From: Paracoccaceae bacterium
Lineage (GTDB): Bacteria; Pseudomonadota; Alphaproteobacteria; Rhodobacterales; Rhodobacteraceae
NCBI GenBank assembly: GCA_031384695.1
Contig: JANNAV010000073.1
Span: forward strand, 4,128 to 68,127
Direction: 5' to 3'
DNA length: 64,000 bases
The position numbers and the translations under genes are program-made. Below are positions 55,731 through 64,000 of the stretch, one piece after another; within the stretch, counting starts at the first letter, position 1; each line of letters begins with the position of its first letter. Below the pieces are notes generated by a model. The model worked only from the letters and a program-made list of their open reading frames with translations. It was not told where the DNA came from and ran no database searches.

Positions 55731-56903
55731 CTATTGGCCAGCCTTGCCTGGTCCAGCCAGCATCAGGACGGTAAAGCCCAGAATGGCGGCCACGATGGAG
55801 CCGGACAGAACGCCCAGCCGCACGGCGTTCATTTGCGCAAGATCGCTGAAGCTGAGTGAACCTATGAACAGCGACATCGTAAAGCCGATCCCGGCAAGAG
55901 CGGAGACGCCGAACACATGTATCCAGCCCGCACCGTGGGGCAGCCTTGCGATGCCGGATTTCACCAACAGCCAGGTGAAACCGAACACGCCTGCAAGCTT
56001 GCCCAGCAGCAGACCCAGCGCGATGCCCATCGGCAAAGGCGAGGCGAGGTCTTGCAAGGTGATCCCGGCCAGCACCACCCCGGCGTTGCCAAAGGCGAAC
56101 AGCGGCACGATCAGGAATTTGACGTAAGGCCCCAGACCGTCTTCAAGTGCGTGCAGCGGCGATTTGCCGAACCGGTCTTTCAGCGGCACGAAAAATGCGG
56201 TGATCACCCCGGCGAGGGTGGCATGCACGCCGGATTCCAGTACCAGCACCCAAAGGATGGTGCCCAAAAGCACAACCGGTGCGATGCGGTGGCCTTTGGT
56301 GCGGTGATGCAGATAAAGCCCCGCCAGTGGCAGTAGCGCCGCCGCCAGATAGATCGCATCCAGATTGGCGGTGTAGAACAGCGCGATGATGATGATGGCG
56401 CCGAGATCATCAAGAATGGCCAGCGTCAGCAGGAACACCTTGAGCGAGGCGGGCGCGCGTTTGCCCAACAGCGCCAGCACGCCCACCGCAAAGGCGATAT
56501 CGGTGGCGGCGGGGATGGCCCAACCGGGCAGGGTGGCCGGGCTTGACCAGTTTATCGCCACGAAAATCAGCGCCGGCACCGCCATGCCGCCCAAAGCCGC
56601 AACCCCCGGCAGCAGCACATCGCGCGGATTGCGCAGCTTGCCCTCCAGCACCTCGCGCTTCAACTCCAGCCCGATCAGGAAGAAGAAGATCGCCATCAAC
56701 CCGTCATTCACCCACAGGATCACCGGTTTCGAGATGCCAATGCCGTCGATCAGCACCGAGAACTTCTTGTCGAACAGGCCCTGATAAATCTCGTTGAGGG
56801 GGGAGTTGGCGATGATCATCGCAAGGGCTGCGGCCAGCATCAGGGCAACGCCGCCTGCGGCCTCGTGCTTGAACAGGCGGGTGAGCAGGCTTTCGGGCGG
56901 CAT
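55731..56903 (-). CDS. nhaA: Na+/H+ antiporter NhaA
   Basis: ATG at 56903. Product starts MPPESLLTRLFKHEAAGGVALMLAAALAMIIANSP and contains WVNDGLMAIFFFLIGLELKRE and AILDDLGAI. Confidence 0.95.
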   Translation of the reverse strand: MPPESLLTRLFKHEAAGGVALMLAAALAMIIANSPLNEIYQGLFDKKFSVLIDGIGISKPVILWVNDGLMAIFFFLIGLELKREVLEGKLRNPRDVLLPGVAALGGMAVPALIFVAINWSSPATLPGWAIPAATDIAFAVGVLALLGKRAPASLKVFLLTLAILDDLGAIIIIALFYTANLDAIYLAAALLPLAGLYLHHRTKGHRIAPVVLLGTILWVLVLESGVHATLAGVITAFFVPLKDRFGKSPLHALEDGLGPYVKFLIVPLFAFGNAGVVLAGITLQDLASPLPMGIALGLLLGKLAGVFGFTWLLVKSGIARLPHGAGWIHVFGVSALAGIGFTMSLFIGSLSFSDLAQMNAVRLGVLSGSIVAAILGFTVLMLAGPGKAGQ

Positions 56904-56997
56904 CGGTTTTCCCTGAATTGGCGGCGTTGTGCCAACAATGGGGAAAGATGCGGGAATGACAAGGCTTTGGCAGCGCGAAATGGGTGCTGTTGGCTGC

Positions 56998-57384
56998 CTA
57001 AAGTTCGTATTCCTGGTTAAGCGCGGGGGGCGGGGCCAGTTCGGACGGCAGTTTGCGGCGCAGGATGATATCGCCGTTCGGCAGCTTTTCGGGGGCGTGA
57101 TAGTTGCTGAGATCATCGACCATCGCGATCATGTCGCGCAGCATCGGCTGCAACTCGCGCAACGCCGGTTCGAGTTCCGAAAGCGCGCGGCCCATGTCAT
57201 CCAGCGAAGGCTCCACCTCGGCCATCAGGCCGCGAAACAGCAGTTTCGCGCCCTCTTCCATCAGGTTGAAGCCGTCGCCTTCGGGGACGCCTTCGGGGGC
57301 GCCTTCGGGGGCGGGCGGGGTTTGCTGGGCCGGGGCGGGGGACGCCGCGAGGGCCAGCAGCAGGGGGAGGGTGAATATCTTCAT
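56998..57384 (-). CDS. secreted hypothetical protein
   Basis: ATG at 57384. Signal peptide is MKIFTLPLLLALAASPAPAQ. The mature protein is helical and acidic. Confidence 0.65.
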   Translation of the reverse strand: MKIFTLPLLLALAASPAPAQQTPPAPEGAPEGVPEGDGFNLMEEGAKLLFRGLMAEVEPSLDDMGRALSELEPALRELQPMLRDMIAMVDDLSNYHAPEKLPNGDIILRRKLPSELAPPPALNQEYEL

Positions 57385-57420
57385 CACGCCAATATGGGGC
57401 AAGTGGCGGCAAATTTCAAT

Positions 57421-58461
57421 TCAATCGGCAAGATCAAGTGTTACCGGGAAATGGTCGGAGGCGGCCAGCAGTGCCGGGGCCAGCGCGGGCGTTGCCAGAA
57501 CCCCGGGATCGTTCAAAGGGTGCCAGATGCGCCAGGTGGCGCGGGGGGCGAGGTCGGGCGAAAGCATGATGAAATCTATCAGCGCCTCGAAATAGCGCTT
57601 TTGCGGTGCTAACCAGAAGCGCGCGGTGGTGGGCATCGGGCCGCTGTGCCGGGCAAGCGCCATGGCGGCGTGCGGATCGGTCAGGCGGCGCGGGGGAGGC
57701 GCTTGCAGGCCCAGCACGATCTCGACGCCGGAGTGGCCGAACAGCTTTTCATACTCGTCAAGGCCGGGGCCATCGTTGAAATCGCCCATCACGATCAGGC
57801 TTTGCCCCGCCGCAAGATGATCTTCGGCGCGGGCGCGCAGCCACAGGCATTCGGCCAGTTGGCGGCGGCGGTTGTCGATGGCGATGCGGGTGTATTCGGC
57901 GGGCGTCAGATGGCCATGCGGTGCCTTGGATTTGGCATGCACGCCGATCAGGCGCAGGTGTTGGCCTGCGGCGGTGGTGACGGCCAGTTCCAGCGGCGGT
58001 TTGGAAAACCGCACCACCTCTTGCACGCCGTCGCCATTCAGATCGGACCGCCGCGCGCCGTCAAAGCGTGGTGCGCCGACCGCGCCCTCGGATGGAGCAG
58101 GCAGGCCTTGTGGATCGTGCCGGGCGGTGAGTTTATCGGGGTCATAGAGAAAAGCTATTTCCTGTTCAGTGTCAGAGGCATAGCCGATGATGGCGCGGCG
58201 CGCGCGCAGCCTGAAGTGCCGTGCGAAGGCTTCGAGGGCTGCGACGGTGGAGCGGTGGTTGCCGGTATCCGGTGCCTCGATGATCATCACGCCATCGGCA
58301 TCAAGCGCGGTAAAAACCCGGCCCAACGCCGCCAGTTGGCTGGTGCGGCTGATCTGATAGCGGGCCGATGGTTCAGCGTCGTTCAGCAGCCTGCCCGCAT
58401 CATCAAACAGCGCGTTGAACCATTCGACGTTGTAGCTGGCAAGCCGGAGCGGGCGGCTCAT
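57421..58461 (-). CDS. endonuclease/exonuclease/phosphatase (EEP) family protein
   Basis: ATG at 58461. Family motifs are LRLASYNVEWF, VMIIEAP, IGVHAKSK and IVMGDFNDGPG, with the C-terminal SDHFPV. Confidence 0.85.
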   Translation of the reverse strand: MSRPLRLASYNVEWFNALFDDAGRLLNDAEPSARYQISRTSQLAALGRVFTALDADGVMIIEAPDTGNHRSTVAALEAFARHFRLRARRAIIGYASDTEQEIAFLYDPDKLTARHDPQGLPAPSEGAVGAPRFDGARRSDLNGDGVQEVVRFSKPPLELAVTTAAGQHLRLIGVHAKSKAPHGHLTPAEYTRIAIDNRRRQLAECLWLRARAEDHLAAGQSLIVMGDFNDGPGLDEYEKLFGHSGVEIVLGLQAPPPRRLTDPHAAMALARHSGPMPTTARFWLAPQKRYFEALIDFIMLSPDLAPRATWRIWHPLNDPGVLATPALAPALLAASDHFPVTLDLAD

Positions 58462-59165
58462 GCCGGGATGCGGGCCTGAATTTCGCGCCATGCCTGATTG
58501 ATGGCGATGAGGCGGCGCTCGGCCAGTTGCACGGCCTCGCGCGGGACACCGCGGGCGATCATCGCATCGGGGTGGCTGTCTTTCACCGCCTGACGCCAGG
58601 CGCTGCGGGCGGCGGCGATATCGGCGTTGGGCGCAAGGCCCAGCACATCGAACGGGTCGCGTTCCGCACCTTCGACAAAGCGGGCGCGCATCACCGCGTA
58701 ACAGCGGCTGTCGAGGCCGAAGATGGTGGCAACCTCTGTCAGGAATGCGTCTTCCTGCGGATGGAACCGGCCATCGGCGAGGGCGATGTGAAACAACCCC
58801 TCCAAAAGGTCGATCAGCACGTTGCGGTCATCGGCGCAAAGCGGCTCATCGTTCTGGCGGAACATCGCCGAAACCTTGCGGGCGTAGCTGTCGAACCCGG
58901 CCACATCCTGCCGCGCGAGGTTGAAGACGCGGGCGGCGTTGGCCTCTTCCTCGGGCGGGATGGTAAAGACGCGGCGGAAGGCCGACACCTCGTTGCGCGT
59001 CACCTCGCCATCGGCTTTGGCCATCTTGGCCCCCAGAGCGATCACCGCGATGGTGAAGCCCACCGAGCGTTCGGGGGCGCTGCGCAGGCGGTCGAACACC
59101 ATGCTGAGGGGTTCGCCCGAAGCGAGGGCGGCGAGGGCGGCGGCAATACGGGACCAGATCGACAT
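58458..59165 (-). CDS. DjlA-like co-chaperone (TerB-like domain plus C-terminal J domain)
   Basis: The TerB-like part reads AKADGEVTRNEVSAFRRVF. The J domain reads DPFDVLGLAPNADIAAARSAWRQAVKDSHPD. It overlaps the downstream EEP gene start. Confidence 0.85.
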   Translation of the reverse strand: MSIWSRIAAALAALASGEPLSMVFDRLRSAPERSVGFTIAVIALGAKMAKADGEVTRNEVSAFRRVFTIPPEEEANAARVFNLARQDVAGFDSYARKVSAMFRQNDEPLCADDRNVLIDLLEGLFHIALADGRFHPQEDAFLTEVATIFGLDSRCYAVMRARFVEGAERDPFDVLGLAPNADIAAARSAWRQAVKDSHPDAMIARGVPREAVQLAERRLIAINQAWREIQARIPA

Positions 59166-59207
59166 GGGGCGAGATTAGCGGGTTCTTTGCGGGCTGTCAG
59201 GGGGGTA

Positions 59208-59822
59208 TTATTCCAGATGGCGGGGGCCTCGGGGTGTGGAAAAGCTGGCGCGGATGGCTTTGGCGGCGCCTTGGGTGATGACGATGCGGCGGTCTTGCAG
59301 CAGGGGCGCGAGGGCGGCGGCGAGGGCTGTGGCCTCGGGGTGGGCGATTTCAAGGCGGGTAAGGCGCAGGTGGGAGGCGGGCAGATGTGCCGCCGGATGC
59401 AGGGTGCCTTGCCACTGGATCAGCGCCGGAAAGCCGCCGTCAAAGGGCAGTTTGCCATTGGCGGGCACGGCCATCTGCCAGCGGTAATCGCCGCGTTGCA
59501 ACGCCACCGGCGTGCCGGTGCCGGGCGGGCATGTGGCAAGTGCGAGGGCGATATCATCGCAGGCCGCCACCCAGTTGGTCAGGCGCGGCGGGCCTTGGAA
59601 GTGATCCAGATCAAACCAGCGCGGCCAAAGCGGGCGGGGGGCAGCGGGATCGGCGGCGATCACCTCAAGGTATAGATCACCAAGCCCCAGCAGGCGGTTG
59701 TGGGTGGCCATATGCGGATGCTGCCCGCCACCGCCAAGTGTGACGCCAAGCGCCGCCTCGACCGCCGCCACCCCTTCGCCGAGGTTTTCGGCGGCGATGG
59801 CGATATGATCCAGACGCAGCAT
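59208..59822 (-). CDS. VOC/glyoxalase-like domain protein
   Basis: ATG at 59822 (MLRLDHIAIAAENLGEGVAAVEAALGV...) overlaps the ppx stop (ATGA). Confidence 0.7.
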   Translation of the reverse strand: MLRLDHIAIAAENLGEGVAAVEAALGVTLGGGGQHPHMATHNRLLGLGDLYLEVIAADPAAPRPLWPRWFDLDHFQGPPRLTNWVAACDDIALALATCPPGTGTPVALQRGDYRWQMAVPANGKLPFDGGFPALIQWQGTLHPAAHLPASHLRLTRLEIAHPEATALAAALAPLLQDRRIVITQGAAKAIRASFSTPRGPRHLE

Positions 59823-61351
59823 CAGGCGCTGGTGATCGAGGTTTCGGCGCGCAGAGCCAGCGCCAGCGAAGCAAAGCGGGCCTCGGATACCTCGCCGTAA
59901 AGACCACGGCCTTCTTCGGTAAGGGCGAGGCCAAGCTGCATTTTCTTCGGGTTCCACGTCAGGTGGCCCGCAACCGCGGGGTCGCCCACCGCGAACATCG
60001 CGCCGAACCGCATGGCTTTGCCCAGAACCTCGGCCTCTTGCAACTCGTCCTCGGTCAAGAGCCGCAACAGCGGTTCCAGCCGCGAGCCGGTGCGCGAGTT
60101 CTTGTAGCGGTGCAGCAGGGCGAGGCCCAGAAACACCCGGCCCGGATGATCGAGCCCGCCAAGGTTGGCGCGGGTGGCGTTATCAAAGCAGGCTTCGGCG
60201 CGGTAATCGGGGTGGGCGCGCCAGGTGGTATCGTGCAACAGGCAGGCCGCCTTGATCAGGCGCAGACGGTAGGGGGTGGCATCGCGGAACAAAGGCAGCA
60301 GAAACTCGAACAGTTTCTTGCCAAAACCGGGGATGCGCGACGAGGTAAGCTCGGCCATCCGCGCCGCCTCGATCAGGGGATCGCGGGCGCGCAGACGTTC
60401 GGGCATCTGCTCGTACAGCAGGCCCTCGCGGATGCCATAGGCGGACACGTCAATCTCGGCGGGTTTGAAGACGTGCAGAATTTCGCGCAGCACCTCGCAG
60501 GCGAGCGGGACCAGTTCCATCCGTTCCGGCGAGGTGCCGGTGCGGGCGCGCAGCAGTGCCAGATCGGAGCTGGCGATCCATGCGATGGTATCCAGCACGG
60601 ATTTGGGGGTCATCCGGTATTCGTGCAGCACGGTCAACGGATAGCTGCGGCGCTCCATATCAAGGCGGGCAATCACCCGCCACGAACCGCCCACCAGATA
60701 GATGCGGTCACCTTCGGATTTCAGCTCGGTCTGGCAGTCTTTCAGGATTTTGGCGATATGGGCCGCGCGTTTTTTCGGATCGGCCGAGATTTGTTGCAGG
60801 CGGAACGGGCCGAGTCCGGTGGTGGCGCGTTTGCCAACCTTGCCGCCGCCGATGCGCGCGAGTTCCATCGAGTTGCCGCCCAGATCGCAGACGATGCCCT
60901 TGGCGTCGGGCCAGCCGAGCAGCACGCCTTGCGCGGAAAGCCGGGCCTCTTCGGCACCGTCCACCACCCACAGCTTCAGGCCGGTCTGGGCCAGTACCTC
61001 GGCCTGAAAGGCGGGGCCATCCTCGGCCTCGCGGCTGGCGGCGGTGGCAACGACGGTGAGGGTCTCGATACCCATGCCTTTGGCGAGCAACGAGAATCTT
61101 TTCAGCGCCAGCAGCGCGCGGCGGCGGCCCTCAGGGTTCAGGCGGCCGGTTTCAGCCAGCCCCTTGCCAAGGCCGCACATGATTTTCTCGTTGTAAAAAT
61201 ACGCGGGAGAACGCGCCGCGCCGTCAAACACCACCATCCGCACCGAGTTTGAACCGACATCGACCACCCCCACGCGCGACAAGGCGCGCACCGACGGATC
61301 ATCGAACAGGGGGCGCCCGAAGGGGCCGTGGTCTTCGGCAAGATCGTTCAT
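59822..61351 (-). CDS. ppx: exopolyphosphatase (Ppx/GppA family)
   Basis: Family motifs are VGVVDVGSNSVRMVVF, ATAASREA and DLGGNSMEL. An HD-like C-terminal domain is present (LLHDTTW). Confidence 0.93.
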   Translation of the reverse strand: MNDLAEDHGPFGRPLFDDPSVRALSRVGVVDVGSNSVRMVVFDGAARSPAYFYNEKIMCGLGKGLAETGRLNPEGRRRALLALKRFSLLAKGMGIETLTVVATAASREAEDGPAFQAEVLAQTGLKLWVVDGAEEARLSAQGVLLGWPDAKGIVCDLGGNSMELARIGGGKVGKRATTGLGPFRLQQISADPKKRAAHIAKILKDCQTELKSEGDRIYLVGGSWRVIARLDMERRSYPLTVLHEYRMTPKSVLDTIAWIASSDLALLRARTGTSPERMELVPLACEVLREILHVFKPAEIDVSAYGIREGLLYEQMPERLRARDPLIEAARMAELTSSRIPGFGKKLFEFLLPLFRDATPYRLRLIKAACLLHDTTWRAHPDYRAEACFDNATRANLGGLDHPGRVFLGLALLHRYKNSRTGSRLEPLLRLLTEDELQEAEVLGKAMRFGAMFAVGDPAVAGHLTWNPKKMQLGLALTEEGRGLYGEVSEARFASLALALRAETSITSA

Positions 61352-61372
61352 GAGGGTGTTCCAAAGTGGGCG

Positions 61373-63535
61373 TTATGCAAGGCGCTGCACGTCTTTTGCC
61401 CCCGCCGTGCCGCGACCGGACAGCGAGGGGGTTTCCATGAAGAAACGGTGGCAATTGAAGGGGTTGCCATCGGCAGGGGCCAGATCGCGGGTATAGCTGC
61501 CATCGGGGCCAAGCACCCAGCTTTGCGCCTCGTCGGCCAGATTGGCGGCCATGATCTGGCCGACGATCTGCGATTTGACGGTGGGGTTGTGAATTTCCAC
61601 CAGCGTCTCAATACGCCGCGTCAGGTTGCGGCCCATCCAGTCGGCCGACGAGATGAACACGCGGGCTTTCTTGCCCGGCAGCCCGTGGCCAGAGCCGAAG
61701 CAGACGATGCGCGAATGCTCCAGAAACCGGCCGACGATGGATTTGATGCGGATGTTTTCCGACAGGCCCGCGATGCCGGGGCGCACGCAGCAGATGCCGC
61801 GGATCACAAGGCTGATCTGCACCCCGGCGGCGGAGGCGGCATAAAGCGCGTCGATCACTTCGGGTTCGGTCAGGCTGTTCATCTTGGCCCAGATCTGCGC
61901 CGGACGGCCGGCGCGAGCATGCTCGGCCTCGGCCGCGATCAGTTCCAGCAGCCGGGGCTTCAGGCTGATCGGCGCGAAGGCGAGGTTCTCCAGCCCCTGC
62001 GGCTGGACGTAGCCCGAGAGGTAATTGAACATCTTGGTGGCATCGCGGCCCAGTGCGGCATCGCAGGTGAAAAACGACAGATCGGTGTAGATGCGGGCGG
62101 TTATGGGATGGTAGTTGCCGGTGCCATAATGGGTATAGGTAACCAGTTGATCACCTTCGCGCCGCACCACGGTGGAGATTTTCGCGTGGGTTTTATAATG
62201 GATAAAGCCGTAAACCACATGCGCGCCCGCGCGTTCCAACCGGCGCGACTGGCGGATGTTGGCGGCCTCGTCAAAGCGGGCTTTCAACTCCACCAAAGCC
62301 GTCACCGACTTGCCCGCCTCGGCAGCCTCGCACAGTGCCGAGACGATCGGGCTGTCAAGGCTGGTGCGGTACAGCGTCTGCTTGATCGCCAGCACATTGG
62401 GATCACGCGCGGCCTGTTCCAGAAAGCGGATCACCAGATCGAAGGTTTCATAGGGGTGGTGCAGCAGGATATCCTTTTGTTTTATCGCGGCAAAAAGATC
62501 GTTGTCGTTGTCTTGCACCCGTTCCGGCACCCGGGGCGAGAAGGCGGGCCAGAGGAGATCCTTGCGCGAGGACAGCACCAGTTCCTTCAGATCGGCGATG
62601 CCCAGCAGGCCGCGCACCTCGACCACCTCATCTTCGGTGACGGCCAGTTCTTCCATGATCACGCGGCGCAATTCCTCGGGCGCCCCGGCGCTGAGTTTGA
62701 GGCGGATCACCTCGCCCCGGCGGCGGCGTTTGAGCGCGGTTTCAAACTCGCGCACCAGATCTTCGGCTTCGTCCTCCAGTTCAAGATCGCTGTCGCGCAA
62801 CACGCGGAACAGGCAATGGCCGCGGTCGCTATAGCCGGGAAACAGCATGTCGAGATGCAGCAGCAGCAGCTCTTCCAGCGGCAAAAAGCGGTGCTCGCCG
62901 GGTTTGCCGGGCAAAGGCACAAAGCGCGCGATCTGCTGCGGGATCGGCAGCAGGGCCTTGAGGGTGCGGTGATCTGACACCCGCTCCAACGCCAGCGCCA
63001 GCGAAAAGCCGGTGTTGGGGATGAAGGGAAAGGGATGCGCGGGGTCGATGGCGAGGGGCGACAGAACCGGGAACACCTTGTTCAGAAAATGATCTTCCAG
63101 AAACTTCAGATCGCGGCCATTCAGTTTGGCGCGGGTCAGGATGGTGATGCCCTGATCGTCCATCTCGCGGCGCAGCGTGTTGAACACCGATTGCTGGGTC
63201 AGCATCAGGCGGCGGGCATCGGCGTTGATCAGGCGCAATTGCTCGGTGGGGGTGCGGGCGTCCTCATAGGGAATGGCGTTGCCGCGCCGTTGCAGCGCGC
63301 GCAGGCCCGCGACGCGGACGGTGTAGAATTCGTCAAGGTTGGTGGCCGAGATTGACAGGAAACGCAGGCGTTCCAGCAGCGGCACGGCGCGGTTCGACGC
63401 CTCATCCAGCACCCGCCAGTTGAAGGCGAGCCAGCTGAGCTCGCGGTTGAAAAACCGGTGCGGCCCCGCAATCTCGGCGGGCTCCAGCGCCACCGGCGGC
63501 GGGAAGGCGGATTTGAGGAAATCGGCTTTGGTCAT
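61373..63535 (-). CDS. ppk: polyphosphate kinase 1
   Basis: Family motifs are [31 protein letters not shown] and YKTHAKI. I prefer the ATG at 63535 because the track start at 63583 would overlap the end of hdaA. Confidence 0.96.
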   Translation of the reverse strand: MTKADFLKSAFPPPVALEPAEIAGPHRFFNRELSWLAFNWRVLDEASNRAVPLLERLRFLSISATNLDEFYTVRVAGLRALQRRGNAIPYEDARTPTEQLRLINADARRLMLTQQSVFNTLRREMDDQGITILTRAKLNGRDLKFLEDHFLNKVFPVLSPLAIDPAHPFPFIPNTGFSLALALERVSDHRTLKALLPIPQQIARFVPLPGKPGEHRFLPLEELLLLHLDMLFPGYSDRGHCLFRVLRDSDLELEDEAEDLVREFETALKRRRRGEVIRLKLSAGAPEELRRVIMEELAVTEDEVVEVRGLLGIADLKELVLSSRKDLLWPAFSPRVPERVQDNDNDLFAAIKQKDILLHHPYETFDLVIRFLEQAARDPNVLAIKQTLYRTSLDSPIVSALCEAAEAGKSVTALVELKARFDEAANIRQSRRLERAGAHVVYGFIHYKTHAKISTVVRREGDQLVTYTHYGTGNYHPITARIYTDLSFFTCDAALGRDATKMFNYLSGYVQPQGLENLAFAPISLKPRLLELIAAEAEHARAGRPAQIWAKMNSLTEPEVIDALYAASAAGVQISLVIRGICCVRPGIAGLSENIRIKSIVGRFLEHSRIVCFGSGHGLPGKKARVFISSADWMGRNLTRRIETLVEIHNPTVKSQIVGQIMAANLADEAQSWVLGPDGSYTRDLAPADGNPFNCHRFFMETPSLSGRGTAGAKDVQRLA

Positions 63536-63579
63536 GCGGGGCTTATCTTTGCGCAATGTAACAGGATGGTGACAGTGTT

Positions 63580-64000
63580 TCACCCATTGGGCGTGCTGTC
63601 GAGGCTGTCGGCAGCGCCGTCCTTGGGCAAGAGATCAGCCGCAAGCGCGCGGTTGACGGGGCGGCCAAGGGCGAGGGCGGCTTTATCAAGGCGTTCCACC
63701 AGATCTTGTGCGCAGGCGAAAGAGCGATCCATCCGGTTGACAAGATAGCGGATCAGGGGCGGTGTGACATTGATCTGGCGGTCGGCAAAAAGCTTGATCA
63801 GCACGGCAGACAGCAGCGCATCGTCGGGTGGGGCAAGGTGGGTGACGGCGGCGGCCTGCAAGCGGCTTTGCAGATCGGGCAGCGCAATGCCCCAGTCGCG
63901 CGGCGGGGTGGCGGCGGTGATCAGCAGGTGCTGGTGGGGCAGCGCGAGGTTGTGCAGATGAAACAGGGCGGCCTCGGCAGCGGGGTTGCCCGCGATGTGA
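63580..64000 (-). CDS. hdaA: DnaA-related regulatory protein HdaA; partial, N-terminus lies beyond the window end
   Basis: Own translation continues in frame to the window edge: ...[93 protein letters not shown]. Confidence 0.8.
   Translation of the reverse strand, partial: HIAGNPAAEAALFHLHNLALPHQHLLITAATPPRDWGIALPDLQSRLQAAAVTHLAPPDDALLSAVLIKLFADRQINVTPPLIRYLVNRMDRSFACAQDLVERLDKAALALGRPVNRALAADLLPKDGAADSLDSTPNG

Overview
High-G+C (about 65-70% by eye) alphaproteobacterial chromosomal DNA. It looks Rhodobacterales-like, because the pccR / pccB / pccA / methylmalonyl-CoA mutase layout resembles the Rhodobacter/Cereibacter type; this is inference only. The window is densely packed with mostly housekeeping genes.

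Main gene content:
- glyA, nadK and maeB.
- A cdd-deoA-deoB-add-upp nucleoside salvage operon, plus tdk.
- rhlE, and divergent metR/metF.
- An overlapping aroQ-aldolase-ligase-thiolase operon.
- bioMNY, gabT, and dprA-topA.
- A betaine/choline ABC transporter divergent from betI-betA.
- The propionyl-CoA assimilation cluster (pccR, pccB, pccA, mcm).
- nhaA, ppk-ppx, and a partial hdaA.

I found no rRNA, tRNA, CRISPR array, transposase or integrase.

Items that stand out:
1. A single low-G+C orphan gene (28074-28901). Hand counts give about 53% G+C against about 72% in the neighbouring thiolase. It has a papain/UCH-like Gln-x5-Cys-Gly ... His signature and sits between the thiolase and bioMNY.
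2. A LuxO-like sigma-54 response regulator translationally coupled to a sensor-less hybrid kinase (HisKA-HATPase-REC-HPt). The kinase N-terminus is a (PPPALA)x6 tract encoded by a perfect-register 18-bp x6 tandem repeat.
3. Two tandem, sub-threshold mini-lipoprotein genes ending in TGKYK inside the pcc cluster.
4. Two families of dispersed intergenic repeats.
5. TTTGCAA-type palindromes and arrays at pccR/pccB.
6. A probable DUF817 gene remnant.

I cannot show that any of these is a new multi-gene system. The accessory items are single genes, and all functional calls rest on motif recognition by eye. Many long ORFs in the supplied track are antisense or off-frame artefacts typical of high-G+C DNA and were discarded.
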